DNA of 60,829 bases from an uncultured virus (IMG/VR IMGVR_UViG_3300033064_004648). Taxonomy: Duplodnaviria; Heunggongvirae; Uroviricota; Caudoviricetes. The stretch lies in IMG/VR virus record IMGVR_UViG_3300033064_004648, positions 62,001 to 122,829 of that record; one strand, given 5' to 3'. Positions within the stretch are counted from its first letter, which is position 1; every line of letters begins with the position of its first letter. The notes beneath the pieces are model-generated. The model ran no database searches, had not been told where the DNA came from, and worked only from the letters and a program-made list of their open reading frames with translations. Below, in pieces: positions 20,138 through 30,507 of this stretch. The translations under genes were made by a program, and so were the position numbers.

Positions 20138-20228
20138 CTATTCCTCCATATCTCCATAAACTTTAAAAATGGGAAATAGTGGAGTTCTACTTATCAGTTT
20201 AAGAGCGACCTAAACCTATCCCATTTTT
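20138..20228 (-). ncRNA. endonuclease-leader structured RNA, copy 2
   Basis: P1 AAAAAUGGGA/UCCCAUUUUU (compensatory change versus copy 1); P2 GUUUAGG/CUUAAAC; P3 identical to copy 1; downstream UGGAGA and UGGAGG. Confidence 0.7.
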
Positions 20229-20250
20229 ATCATACTTAATATTCTTTTTA

Positions 20251-20282
20251 AAACCACATAAAACTATAATTTTATTTGGTTT
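20251..20282. promoter_or_regulatory. 13-6-13 palindromic site (representative of ~6 copies)
   Basis: AAACCACATAAAA-CTATAA-TTTTATTTGGTTT; related copies at 571-602, 1021-1052, 9151-9182, 16248-16279, 33573-33604. Confidence 0.65.
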
Positions 20283-23200
20283 CTAAAGAGAAAAATCTTT
20301 AGCATTACGCGAGACTCCTCTTTTTGTAATTGCTTGATATACTGCCTTGGTTATGTTTTCTTTTAATTCTGGCATAACATTTTTATCAACATTGCCTTCT
20401 ATTGTTATACTTACAGGAACATTTGTTTCGCCAGATTTATTTGCAAGAGACAAAAGACCTGGTAACGTATTTCTAATAAAATTATAAGCTTGATTTTCTG
20501 TAACTATAACTTCTTCTTTCAATACATTTGCAAGAACTTCATTTTCTTTCGTTGATGAAGTTGTCGACAAGTCTCTTCCAACAATACCGCCATCATGATA
20601 TTTGGGAAGTTCGCTGTACTTATCAAGAGAAATATAAGTACCTGTAATTTTATTTTGATACATTTCTCTATTGTTATACCATCTTCTTTGATAGTCTGAT
20701 TGTTTTCCCGTAAGGTCGGCAGAAGCGGCAGCCATGGCATTGGCGGCAGCAGAACCATAACTATTTGCCGAATTAGTTGCATTATTCCATTTTTGCGCAA
20801 GATCATCTATGCCTGACCCATACTGTCTATTCCATTCCATCAAATTATTATAAAATTCTTGATTTCTACTTTCTAATAATGAAATAGCTTCTGCGCGAAT
20901 AGCCCCTTCTCTTTTTAAATAATCATCAAGAGCATCGATTTTCTTACTTAATTGATCTTCATATCTATCATACTCTTCATCCAATGCATCTTTTTGAATA
21001 TCTACACTTCTATCGGCCTGAAATTGATCTATTTCAGTGATTTTCTTAGCTTTTTCATCTTCAAGTTCAAGTCGACGTCTTTTAGCTTCATCACTATTAT
21101 CAAATTGTATTTGTAATAATTCATTTTCAATATCAGATAAATCTTCATTCTTTTCAGCAAGTTCATCCTGATATTTATCTTCTTCTTGCATTTGATCGAG
21201 TATTTTTTTCTTTGCATCTATAATTTTTTTATAACCATCAAGTTGTGCTTTTAATGCATCTTTTTGATCGTTTGCTTGTTGTTTAAGCATTGAAATAGTG
21301 TCTTTGAGAAGATCATTATAAGTTTTTTGGGCATCACTAACGCCACTAACTCCAGCAGATACTTTTGGCAACCAAAACGACGTACTTTTAACTTGTGTTA
21401 AATACCCCTTAGCTAACGCCAACATTCTTTGTAGTGCAACATTTTCAGTATCAAGAGCAAGTGCATGTTCCGCCGCTTTAAATGCCGCTTGTGCTTTTTC
21501 TACAACCAATGCTTTTAATGCTTGAATATTTAGATAAACCAATCCAGTTGTTTGATCAATCATCATGGCTTCTTGGTATTCTAATGGGAACATTGTTTGA
21601 AGCGACTGAGCCTGTTCTATGGTCATGCCATTAAGTTCATCGTAGCCATTTATAAGATCACGAACCGCAGTTGCATTTTGATAAATAGCATCCATATGAG
21701 CAAGAAGTGATTCGGGGCTTGCAGCCTGTTCCATTTCTTCGCCAATATTTGCGGCAGCTATGGCTAAATCATTTGCATATAGTAAAACTTCTGTTAATAA
21801 AGTTTTTCCGTCTTCGGCAGAATCTATAATCATTTGCATAAAAGCATTGGATGCAACTTCGCCTTCTTTTTGAGCAACCATGTATAATTCTGTAAGCATT
21901 TGTATAGTTTCAGTTTTTATATTTTGTTGTTCTTTTAATTGAGACTGTAAATCTTTTTCATATCCGGTTTGAAAATCGCCTTGATATGCTCTACTTTTAC
22001 CGAATTCTCCGGCAATTTCAATTGAACCAACTAGTTTTACTTCTTTTTTAGTAGCTAAATTATATGCTTCAATAGATAACTGAGCTTGTCTTTCTTTATC
22101 TAATACTAATTGATCTTTTGCCAACTGAATTTCTATCATTCTTTGCTTGTTTAATTCGGTTAAATTAATTCCAGCCGTTAAAATAAAGTTGCCTTGTTCG
22201 TCATAGAATCCAGAAATGTTTGGCATTAATGCTTTTAATTCATTTTGTAAATCATAAAATCTTTGTTGTTCTTCATTATTTCTATTAGTATTATTTCTTA
22301 AATTTTCAAATTCATCACTTAGTTCTTCAACTCTTTTGATGATACCACTCAAACCAGAAATAGTTGATTCTGTTGCCGATATTGATTTATTAACTTCATT
22401 TATACTATCAACATTCTTTTGAATTGTTCTATCTAATGATCCAGACAAATAGATTAATCCACCTATCGCGGCAGTTATAGCAACAATTGCAAGCGCATAT
22501 GGATTCCAAAGAGCTGCCCCCAACGCCCCAGCTTTTGTTAAACCTCCCGCTAATCCCGACAAGTTGGCGGCAAAAGACGCTTTAGGAATAGTTGATAAAA
22601 GTGCAATAACTACAGTTAAGACAGGAATAAGTCCCCCCATAGCCGCAATTAGATTATATATGCCAGTCGTTGCATTTATACTCCATTTTACTAAACCAGA
22701 ACTAATAGTAGTCTGCCACATTCTTTCTAAAGCAGCGGCATTTTTATTGGCAGTAGCCTCTATGCTTCCAAGATATATTTCGTATCTTTGTAATGCCAAT
22801 CCTGCCGAATTTAATTCTACTGCCTGTGCTATCAAAACTTCGTTATAATTATTCATTAAAACTAAGAAGTTTTCTCTTTGGCGAATACCGGCAATAGTAG
22901 TTGCAAGAGCACTTTGTTCTGTAGTACTCAAAGTAGACCATTTTGAGGATATCTCGTCTAGTACATCTCCCATAGGTCTAAATGTATCACTTGTTTCTCT
23001 AAGTGTTATATCTACTAATGATAAAGCTTTTTCAACATCGTTTATATTGGTTGCTTCATCTTCAAACATTTTTCCTAATTTGATGTTTTGCATTCTCGCA
23101 AACATAGTTCGAAGGGATGTGCCAATAGATTCTCCCGATTGTCTTGTTATTGAACTGATAACTGTGATATATGATGCTAATTCATCAAAACTAACTCCCG

Positions 23201-24101
23201 CTTGTTGTGCAGAGTTACTTGATTTTTGAAGAGCTTCTGCTATTTCTGCAACACTTGTAGCATAATCATTATCCAAAGCTACTAATTTATCTATAACCGT
23301 AGTTGCATCTTCGGCTTCAAGTTTAAAACCATTTAAAGTTGAAGTAAGATATTCTGTTGATTGCGCTGCCTCTACATTGCCTAGTTTGCTCATCATTATA
23401 GAAGCTTTTGTTAATTCAACCGCTTCTTGAGCAGTTTTACCTTGTCTAAACCATTCCAAACTACCTTTGGCAATTTCTAGAGTAGTGGCGCCCATTTGTT
23501 GAGCCAAGTCACTATAGTCAGTGATTAAGGATTTGATTTGTTTGCCATTCATTCCGGTAACAATTTGAATATTTGTCATTTCTTTATTCAAATCTTTGAC
23601 ATACTGAATTCCTTCTTTTAAAGCGCGTAAAGTTCCATAAATTACGCCAGTGACAAGACCCCACTGCACAACCTTGCGAAAAGCAACACCTAGATCTTTG
23701 ATAAGTCCTTGTCCATCTTTTTGAAGATTTTGAAATGAAGTGTTTGCTTTTTTTACCGAACTAGTTACAGTAGTAAAAGCTGTATTAATTTCATAAACGC
23801 CTTCGGCTGTTTTCTGATAATGCGCAAAAAGAGGTTCCAACTTGTCTAGTTCTTTTTGTACTTCCGGCATAGCGGCTGCCGCTGGATGCAGTGTTTTTAT
23901 GTCTTTTATTCTATTGCGCCACCGAGTCATTTGTTGTTCTATATGTTCGGTGTCAAGTTTTAATTTTATCCCTGTTTTAGTAGTTCCTGCGCTGGATAAT
24001 TTTTTATTGGCTTTATTCTGTACTTCTGCAATTTGTTTTAAAAGGTCAGCGTCAGCTAATTTAGCATAAATCAATACTTCATATCTATTTGGTGTTGCCA
24101 T
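20283..24101 (-). CDS. tape measure protein (TP901-like core)
   Basis: 1272 aa, helical; W.RQG, LTSTLNGFKL, SGESIGTSLRT.FAR, hydrophobic segment, C-terminal YHDGG.VG. Confidence 0.9.
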   Translation of the reverse strand: MATPNRYEVLIYAKLADADLLKQIAEVQNKANKKLSSAGTTKTGIKLKLDTEHIEQQMTRWRNRIKDIKTLHPAAAAMPEVQKELDKLEPLFAHYQKTAEGVYEINTAFTTVTSSVKKANTSFQNLQKDGQGLIKDLGVAFRKVVQWGLVTGVIYGTLRALKEGIQYVKDLNKEMTNIQIVTGMNGKQIKSLITDYSDLAQQMGATTLEIAKGSLEWFRQGKTAQEAVELTKASIMMSKLGNVEAAQSTEYLTSTLNGFKLEAEDATTVIDKLVALDNDYATSVAEIAEALQKSSNSAQQAGVSFDELASYITVISSITRQSGESIGTSLRTMFARMQNIKLGKMFEDEATNINDVEKALSLVDITLRETSDTFRPMGDVLDEISSKWSTLSTTEQSALATTIAGIRQRENFLVLMNNYNEVLIAQAVELNSAGLALQRYEIYLGSIEATANKNAAALERMWQTTISSGLVKWSINATTGIYNLIAAMGGLIPVLTVVIALLSTIPKASFAANLSGLAGGLTKAGALGAALWNPYALAIVAITAAIGGLIYLSGSLDRTIQKNVDSINEVNKSISATESTISGLSGIIKRVEELSDEFENLRNNTNRNNEEQQRFYDLQNELKALMPNISGFYDEQGNFILTAGINLTELNKQRMIEIQLAKDQLVLDKERQAQLSIEAYNLATKKEVKLVGSIEIAGEFGKSRAYQGDFQTGYEKDLQSQLKEQQNIKTETIQMLTELYMVAQKEGEVASNAFMQMIIDSAEDGKTLLTEVLLYANDLAIAAANIGEEMEQAASPESLLAHMDAIYQNATAVRDLINGYDELNGMTIEQAQSLQTMFPLEYQEAMMIDQTTGLVYLNIQALKALVVEKAQAAFKAAEHALALDTENVALQRMLALAKGYLTQVKSTSFWLPKVSAGVSGVSDAQKTYNDLLKDTISMLKQQANDQKDALKAQLDGYKKIIDAKKKILDQMQEEDKYQDELAEKNEDLSDIENELLQIQFDNSDEAKRRRLELEDEKAKKITEIDQFQADRSVDIQKDALDEEYDRYEDQLSKKIDALDDYLKREGAIRAEAISLLESRNQEFYNNLMEWNRQYGSGIDDLAQKWNNATNSANSYGSAAANAMAAASADLTGKQSDYQRRWYNNREMYQNKITGTYISLDKYSELPKYHDGGIVGRDLSTTSSTKENEVLANVLKEEVIVTENQAYNFIRNTLPGLLSLANKSGETNVPVSITIEGNVDKNVMPELKENITKAVYQAITKRGVSRNAKDFSL

Positions 24102-24141
24102 AGTTAGCCTGCCTCCTTTTATAAAGAATTAGTATTGATAT

Positions 24142-25161
24142 TTAAATATCATTATCCAAAGAATCTTTTAATTTGTCTAAATCCTTCCATTCTCTATCCT
24201 TTGCTGAAAGGTCGTTATAAATCTTATACATCTCTACCGAAGACCAGCCCATCAGTTCTATAATAAGATCTGCATTAATTCCTATCCGAGAAAGATATGT
24301 AACGATAAAATGTCTCGAACAATGAGGATAAAAAGGTATTTCTAGATACTTTTCTATTCGAACACACCAACTACGAACAGTACTTTCCTTCGCAATATCT
24401 CCATTATTTTTGATAAAAATAGAATTATGTTCTTTATTATTTTTTAACATTATCTTTTGTCTCTCAATAAGCCAGCGCCCATAATGTGGTAAAAATATAT
24501 CTTTGACAATATATTTCTTGAGCATCTTACCGTTTTTTGTTCTGCCTTTTGTCTTTATTGCTTGAGTTGTTTCCAAAAAAATATCGTTGAATACTAGATT
24601 ATTCTCATCAATAATATCTGTGGTGAATCTTAATAATTCAGCAAAACGTGCCCCTGAACCAATAGCTAAACTTAGCCAACAAACCAATTGCCATTCTTTC
24701 TTTTCAGAAAAATGTCTAAGTAAATCCCATACTTGTTCTTCTGTTAAAATGGTTTTCTCGCGCCTTATTTCTTTAGGCATTGAATCTACTGCGCGAAGTA
24801 CAATATTCCTAAAATCCGTATACACGTCGTCGTAAAACTTTTCAATAAAGTTACTAAAAGACGATAAGGTAGATTTAGTTCTAGCAAATTTTGCGCTCCC
24901 CCACCTCAACTCTTCAGTAGCATAAGAAAAGAAATTTGAAAACTCAATTTTTCGAATGTCTGTAAACAACTTGTTTTCGCAATGCTGTAATAACCATGTA
25001 AAGAATATTAATAAGTCAGAACGATAATTTTTTATTGTTAAATCAGCACATCTAATGCCCTTTTCTCTCAGAAAACCTTCCATTAACGAAATATTTTTAG
25101 GATTAATTTTTGAGATTAATTCATTGCTAGTAATAATTTTTTTAAATGTTTTTCTAGGCAT
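24142..25161 (-). CDS. tyrosine recombinase (XerC/D-like)
   Basis: TIKNYRSDL; catalytic set R (GARFAEL), K (TKGR), HxxR (HCSRH), W (MGW), Y (KIY); adjacent to the tape measure as in SPbeta-like phages. Confidence 0.88.
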   Translation of the reverse strand: MPRKTFKKIITSNELISKINPKNISLMEGFLREKGIRCADLTIKNYRSDLLIFFTWLLQHCENKLFTDIRKIEFSNFFSYATEELRWGSAKFARTKSTLSSFSNFIEKFYDDVYTDFRNIVLRAVDSMPKEIRREKTILTEEQVWDLLRHFSEKKEWQLVCWLSLAIGSGARFAELLRFTTDIIDENNLVFNDIFLETTQAIKTKGRTKNGKMLKKYIVKDIFLPHYGRWLIERQKIMLKNNKEHNSIFIKNNGDIAKESTVRSWCVRIEKYLEIPFYPHCSRHFIVTYLSRIGINADLIIELMGWSSVEMYKIYNDLSAKDREWKDLDKLKDSLDNDI

Positions 25162-25175
25162 TAAACAATCTCCTT

Positions 25176-25634
25176 TTATATAATCCCCGCCTCAATGAAA
25201 TAGCATAATCCCACCGCAAAACTATCGCTTTGGTCGTCGTTTTCAAATGACACACTATATTTTTTTTCAATAATTCCCCGTAATTCAGCCTTCTTCATGT
25301 GTCCGTGTCCACCTACTATTTTTTTTATTGTTGCTGGCGAATAATATATCGTTTTACAGTCATGAAATATATAATTTGCTACACCTATTGTTTTAAACAA
25401 GGCTTGTGTTGAATTATTGTATCTGGTGAAACCCCTTTCAAAAACCGCTACATCAATATCATATTGATGTCGTAGATCCGATAAAACATCTGCAATAATT
25501 TTTAGCCTTTCACCATGTGAATTTTTACTTTTTGTAGCTATACTGCCTATTTTTAAAGGATTTCCTTTCGTATCAAAAACACAATATCCTGTATTTGACA
25601 AACTTGTATCTAATGATATTACATATTTTTCCAT
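25176..25634 (-). CDS. ruvC: Holliday junction resolvase, RuvC-like
   Basis: ISLDTSLSNTGY, AVFE, P.TIKK.VGGHG...K, DD.SD.FAV. Confidence 0.85.
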   Translation of the reverse strand: MEKYVISLDTSLSNTGYCVFDTKGNPLKIGSIATKSKNSHGERLKIIADVLSDLRHQYDIDVAVFERGFTRYNNSTQALFKTIGVANYIFHDCKTIYYSPATIKKIVGGHGHMKKAELRGIIEKKYSVSFENDDQSDSFAVGLCYFIEAGII

Positions 25635-25769
25635 AAAATCCCTCTTTTATTGTGTTTTGTCATAAGTTTTACACATTGATAAAATGCAAAAAAAAGAGGA
25701 CACCTAAATAATTTAAGTATCCTCCAATTTTTTTGTTTTTATTGAATTTATTTATTGGGCGATACGAAA

Positions 25770-26027
25770 TTATTCTCCTACAATTGCTTCGCCAACAGTA
25801 TATCCAATAGCACTCGCAACAATAGAATAGACTGCTGCAACAACTATAATAACCAACTGAGGTGCTTCAAAACTAAATTCCGCCAATAAAGCAATAGCCA
25901 TCGCTCCTAAAGCCGAGAGGACAATATTTGCTATACGAGCATGATCACCTGTGACAATAATCCCAACCTTTTTTAATAACTCAACTAATAGTCCGACTAT
26001 CGCCGGAAGGCTCAATCCAAATAACAT
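25770..26027 (-). CDS. small three-helix membrane protein (putative holin)
   Basis: 85 aa, three hydrophobic segments, LVELLKK.G motif. Confidence 0.55.
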   Translation of the reverse strand: MLFGLSLPAIVGLLVELLKKVGIIVTGDHARIANIVLSALGAMAIALLAEFSFEAPQLVIIVVAAVYSIVASAIGYTVGEAIVGE

Positions 26028-26051
26028 TTTTAAATCTCCTTTTTATTTTAA

Positions 26052-26552
26052 TTATTTTTTTATACTTATAATCCCGCGCCTTATAAAAGCCTCTTCAATA
26101 AACTTATTTCCATTTTTATTTAATTCTTTTATAAACGGCTCCCAAAAATCTCGTGGTTCTCGCCAAAATCCCTTTTTTCCAAACCTCGGTCCACTTTTCC
26201 CCTCAATAATAATTTCTGCAAGAATATCTCTTATATCATTTCGATACCAATCATTACTTCCATGAACATAATTATCTACATCGAGTTTCATTGACATAGG
26301 ATCATGATCAATTTTAGAATTTACGGCTAATCCAGCGGTTTGCGCATCTTCTTTTTCGAAACTTCCTTGCAAACCACCGTCCATACGGTTTCTTTTATAC
26401 GTTGTTGGTTCTCCTGCACCATAAACTATTGTTTCAATGGAGTCCTGCAGGTTCTTTAATAATTTTTCTGTAACTTCATCGATAATACTATTTAAATCAT
26501 TTATCATTACTTGTTGTAACTGCATATCATTAGTAATAGCCATAATAATCAA
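26052..26552 (-). CDS. tail-completion/neck-type structural protein
   Basis: VY....P..YKR, PRDF...F; position in the tail module. Confidence 0.5.
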   Translation of the reverse strand: MIIMAITNDMQLQQVMINDLNSIIDEVTEKLLKNLQDSIETIVYGAGEPTTYKRNRMDGGLQGSFEKEDAQTAGLAVNSKIDHDPMSMKLDVDNYVHGSNDWYRNDIRDILAEIIIEGKSGPRFGKKGFWREPRDFWEPFIKELNKNGNKFIEEAFIRRGIISIKK

Positions 26553-26749
26553 TCCATATAGTTAACCCTTTTATGTTTTTTTTTAGCTCCAGTATATTTT
26601 AAATATTCACATATTTCACATTCTATAAACTGTTCAATATATGCGAATCCCTTTTTTTCAGTTGTATAACCAACTATATTTAAACTTGCCCCACACTCAG
26701 GACATTTTTTATGTAGTCTTTTTTGAATACGTCTTTTTTTGTATGACAT
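26549..26749 (-). CDS. small Zn-ribbon protein
   Basis: CPECG...CEICEY. Confidence 0.6.
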   Translation of the reverse strand: MSYKKRRIQKRLHKKCPECGASLNIVGYTTEKKGFAYIEQFIECEICEYLKYTGAKKKHKRVNYMD

Positions 26750-26761
26750 AACACAAATATC

Positions 26762-27289
26762 CTATGGTTTTTTATATTTTTCGTCAAAGTCTTGTGATAC
26801 TTCCTGAAATTGTTTTATAATTTTTTGAACACCTTCTGAAGATAAATCAATACCTTGAATAAACTCAAGAATCGCCATCGATAACTTATCAAAAGCAACT
26901 CCCATTGATTTTTCTGCAACTCTTTGTTCAGAACATAGTTTAATAATATTATATAGATCACCTTGTACTTCTTGATAATTAACTATTTTTGATTTAATTT
27001 TAACCCACATACCACTACTAATAAAATCATTCATATCTAACTTCTCTACACTAATATTGGTGCAAAGATCAACAACACCCAACATTAATCCATAAAACGC
27101 ATTTATATAATTATCAACAAAATCATCTGAAGCAAAATATGAAGAAGCATAATTTTTAAATAATATCATTTTATTTTCTAATGATATATATGGATTTACT
27201 TTAATGTTTGGATTTCCCTCATCCATCATTTCTACCCATTTAATAGGTTTAAATTCTAGTTGAATCTTATCTCTAGTTTTTTTGGCCAT
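26762..27289 (-). CDS. hypothetical protein (possible tail assembly chaperone)
   Basis: 175-aa ORF between the major tail gene and the tape measure. Confidence 0.55.
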   Translation of the reverse strand: MAKKTRDKIQLEFKPIKWVEMMDEGNPNIKVNPYISLENKMILFKNYASSYFASDDFVDNYINAFYGLMLGVVDLCTNISVEKLDMNDFISSGMWVKIKSKIVNYQEVQGDLYNIIKLCSEQRVAEKSMGVAFDKLSMAILEFIQGIDLSSEGVQKIIKQFQEVSQDFDEKYKKP

Positions 27290-27971
27290 GATACGATCCT
27301 TTTATTTTTTTAGGCGGGGTTTTGTCCCCGCCCATTTTTATATTTTTTTTAACTTCATCCCCAACTGTAAATTTTATTTTAAATTCAGCATTATCATTTG
27401 ATTCGGACTGTTTAATAAAATTATTGATTATTTCATCAGCAATTTTATCCGCTAACTCTTCGGCTGTCTCTTCAATGTTTTCTTTAACGCTTGTTTCAAT
27501 AGGTTCTTTGATGTTTTTTTTTATGGGGAGTTCAATGTTTTTTTTAATAGATTGTTTGACCTTTTTCTTGATAGGTTTTTCAACTATTTCTTCAATAGGC
27601 TCTTTAACTGATTCCACAACGACTTCTACAACAGGTGCTTCAATAATAGACTTTTCTATGGGGTCTTCGGTAATTTTTTCAATAACTTCTTCCACTATTT
27701 GCTCTGGTTCTTTTTCTTTACTACATTCACCAGGATTAGCAAGAATTTCTTGAATACGCTCATCCATACTTTTTTGTTGTTCAATGCTTTCCTCTGTTGA
27801 AAAATCAGGACAAGCGTTGCCGTATTTGTCTGTTTGAACTATATATGAGCGAGATTCAGCACACCATTTTGAATAACGACAATGATTTCCCTTATATTGT
27901 CCGTATTGGCAGATAAAATAAATTCCACTTTGTCCAAGCGGACTTACCTGTTCACCATGTATACAAATCAT
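27273..27971 (-). CDS. hypothetical protein, Cys-rich N-terminus and Glu/Lys low-complexity region
   Basis: CIHG..C..C..WC..CP followed by EPIE/KKNI repeats. Confidence 0.55.
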   Translation of the reverse strand: MICIHGEQVSPLGQSGIYFICQYGQYKGNHCRYSKWCAESRSYIVQTDKYGNACPDFSTEESIEQQKSMDERIQEILANPGECSKEKEPEQIVEEVIEKITEDPIEKSIIEAPVVEVVVESVKEPIEEIVEKPIKKKVKQSIKKNIELPIKKNIKEPIETSVKENIEETAEELADKIADEIINNFIKQSESNDNAEFKIKFTVGDEVKKNIKMGGDKTPPKKIKGSYHGQKN

Positions 27972-27984
27972 TATTTCTCTCTTT

Positions 27985-29046
27985 CTATGCAGTAATACTC
28001 ACATAAACAGTATCAGTTATACTTCCCGAAGTTACATCCCAATAAGCTACACCAATAACCGCATCATCGCCATCGGCCATAAGTGAACCACTAACAGTCA
28101 CCAAACCAGTTGCCGCACCAACATCAATACATGTGGCAGAACTAGAACTACACCAAGACCCAGCCGTAAGTGAATAAACACAATCGGTTGTTACATCCGT
28201 AGTTGAATGTATTGGTCCACGATAACCAAGGACCGAGATTTGCTGTGTTGCACTTCCTGTCGCATCTGAAAAAGACATAGGCGATGGCGTAGCAGCAATA
28301 ATAGTATATGGAGAAGTCGATGAGTCGACATTAATATATCTTGCTTTGTAGTAATAATCACCACTTGCACAGTCCGCCGAAGTTGAAAGCAAGGCTTTAC
28401 CACTTAAAGTTTGTTTACTAATATCGTTTGCCACCATAGATAGACTATAATTACCGTCCAATTTAAATTGGGGCACAATAACTTGGAAGTTTTGTATTAC
28501 TGTTGTATGATCTTGATCGTATACAGGTGCAGTCATAACTAATTCAACTACAGAAGGTTGTGTTGTCCCTTCAACCAATATTTGATCTGCCGCTGCTAAA
28601 TAATCATAAACAGCATATCCTTTTCTGTTAACACCTGCGGCTACTGTAATATTACTCCCACTAGGCGTTACTAAAACCGAAGCACCTGTGTCATCAAAGA
28701 AAAATGTTACATCACCAGTTGGAGTATTGTCGAGTTGTCCTGAGCCACTAGAAAGCACTAAACAATCTGTGGCGACAACTGAATAGTTGCCACTACTAAC
28801 GTCAACGCCAGTCTGTAAGGCTAAAATCCAAGTATTCCACGTTGGCATCTCAATTGAAAATTCTACTGCTCGGTCTGTAGCATAAGTATAGAGTAGTTGA
28901 TTACCTATGCCACCACGAGCCTCTACCGCCGACATTGTTTGAGTTAACGAAGTGGTGGTGTTAGTTCTGCCGTGAGCTATTGCTTCGTAAGTGGTTGCGT
29001 CGCGCAACACAACATCTGCAACAGACGTTTGAAATTTGTTTGTCAT
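27985..29046 (-). CDS. major tail protein with C-terminal Ig-like extension
   Basis: SVADV, E.RGG.GNQL, FKLDG..SLSM; position after the head-tail genes. Confidence 0.75.
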   Translation of the reverse strand: MTNKFQTSVADVVLRDATTYEAIAHGRTNTTTSLTQTMSAVEARGGIGNQLLYTYATDRAVEFSIEMPTWNTWILALQTGVDVSSGNYSVVATDCLVLSSGSGQLDNTPTGDVTFFFDDTGASVLVTPSGSNITVAAGVNRKGYAVYDYLAAADQILVEGTTQPSVVELVMTAPVYDQDHTTVIQNFQVIVPQFKLDGNYSLSMVANDISKQTLSGKALLSTSADCASGDYYYKARYINVDSSTSPYTIIAATPSPMSFSDATGSATQQISVLGYRGPIHSTTDVTTDCVYSLTAGSWCSSSSATCIDVGAATGLVTVSGSLMADGDDAVIGVAYWDVTSGSITDTVYVSITA

Positions 29047-29119
29047 AAATTTATTCTCCTTTTTTAATTTTTTTTATTTTTACTGTCCCAATATTTGTTG
29101 ATATTATTAAAATAAGATA

Positions 29120-29920
29120 TTATTTAAAATAAGATGTATCTTCTTTAAATTCATCAACAGTCTGTAATATTTCGTCATATCTACCCCTAATTTTTAAATT
29201 CTTCATGTAATGCTTAACATCATATTCTTTTCCTACCTCTGTCAACGGAATCGTTTGCATACGATATGTTTCAACTGCACCTTTGCTGTCCAATAAATTT
29301 TTCATTTGGAATAATGTGCAATCTTTTATTTCTTCCATTGTCTTATTAAATAATGCCGCAAATGAAAATATTTGATCACTAAAATTATATTTTTCAATGT
29401 TGCGCATTGCAAACTGTAAATCTTTTTCCAATTCCGGCCTATAGGCTTCTACATATTCAGTACTAGAACCGTTTTGTTGTAAAATAATATCTCGAATAAT
29501 GCTAAAGTCTGCCTCTGTAAAAATTTCAGAATCCTCACCTATATATAGGCTGATAATTAAATTTTCTATTTGATCATCTATTCGATCATCTCTATTCCTG
29601 CTACTCAATTCTATATCTTCTACATCTGTTTTCGTAACATAAGCTAAAAATATTCTTAAATCTTCTCTAAAGTCTATATTTTCTTTATTTTCGCCCAGAA
29701 GATAGGGCAACACGTAAATGAGAAATTTTAAGAAAGACATCTTGTATATTACAGGATTGTCATTTGTTGCTGATTTTGGATATGAAAATAATTTGTTAAA
29801 TTCATTTATTTGTATTTCATCTGATATTTTTAATGGATGGAATTTAATACCTTTATAAGACTGGGGGAGTCCCCACACATCAGCGTTTTTTTTATAAATC
29901 TGGTCAAATTTATTAGTCAT
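29120..29920 (-). CDS. conserved SPbeta-like tail-region protein
   Basis: YKGIKFHP.KI, F..IR.IIL.QN; synteny. Confidence 0.6.
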   Translation of the reverse strand: MTNKFDQIYKKNADVWGLPQSYKGIKFHPLKISDEIQINEFNKLFSYPKSATNDNPVIYKMSFLKFLIYVLPYLLGENKENIDFREDLRIFLAYVTKTDVEDIELSSRNRDDRIDDQIENLIISLYIGEDSEIFTEADFSIIRDIILQQNGSSTEYVEAYRPELEKDLQFAMRNIEKYNFSDQIFSFAALFNKTMEEIKDCTLFQMKNLLDSKGAVETYRMQTIPLTEVGKEYDVKHYMKNLKIRGRYDEILQTVDEFKEDTSYFK

Positions 29921-30486
29921 TATGTTATATTATTACCGAAGAGTATTCTTCGTCCTTTGAATGGTATGGTGCCTATCACCGTTGCGCCACATTGACGACT
30001 TGCCTTCCTGTCAAAATAAAGTTTCCCAATGCCATCTATGTTGGCACCATTTAGAGAAGAAATTATTAGTTGGGTTATGGTGTCCGTTCTCGTTTGATAT
30101 GAAGATAAAGTATTTACCTTAAAATGTGAATAAATTTCTACAGCCAGTATGATTTTCCCAATTATATGATTTGTAGGTTCTAATAAAGCAGGCGAAACTC
30201 TTATTTGAGAAGACTCTACCATCCATGGGTCTGATATTCCTATATCCATAAATACTCGATAATCAATTTCGTCTATTGAACCATCATATACCAGTGCGCC
30301 TTTTTGTACTCGTGTTAAGTCAGGATGAGCAGCATTATCTTTCCATGCGTTATTATCATTGTAATATAATAATTTCCAGAGAAGTTCTATATTTTCATCG
30401 TCAATCAAGTGAGATATACAACGATATGCAAATAAGGGAAAATCAGAATAATCATTATAAGAATATGTAGAATAATCAATAGACAT
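29920..30486 (-). CDS. putative tail terminator
   Basis: LWKLLYY, LNG..I.GIG.L.F; position directly before the major tail cluster. Confidence 0.55.
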   Translation of the reverse strand: MSIDYSTYSYNDYSDFPLFAYRCISHLIDDENIELLWKLLYYNDNNAWKDNAAHPDLTRVQKGALVYDGSIDEIDYRVFMDIGISDPWMVESSQIRVSPALLEPTNHIIGKIILAVEIYSHFKVNTLSSYQTRTDTITQLIISSLNGANIDGIGKLYFDRKASRQCGATVIGTIPFKGRRILFGNNIT

Positions 30487-30507
30487 TTGTATCTCCTTTT
30501 ATTTTAG

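Noticed and set aside
24142..25161. Prophage boundary/att site at the recombinase
   Set aside because: Phage tail genes continue on both sides and no host genes are present in the window.
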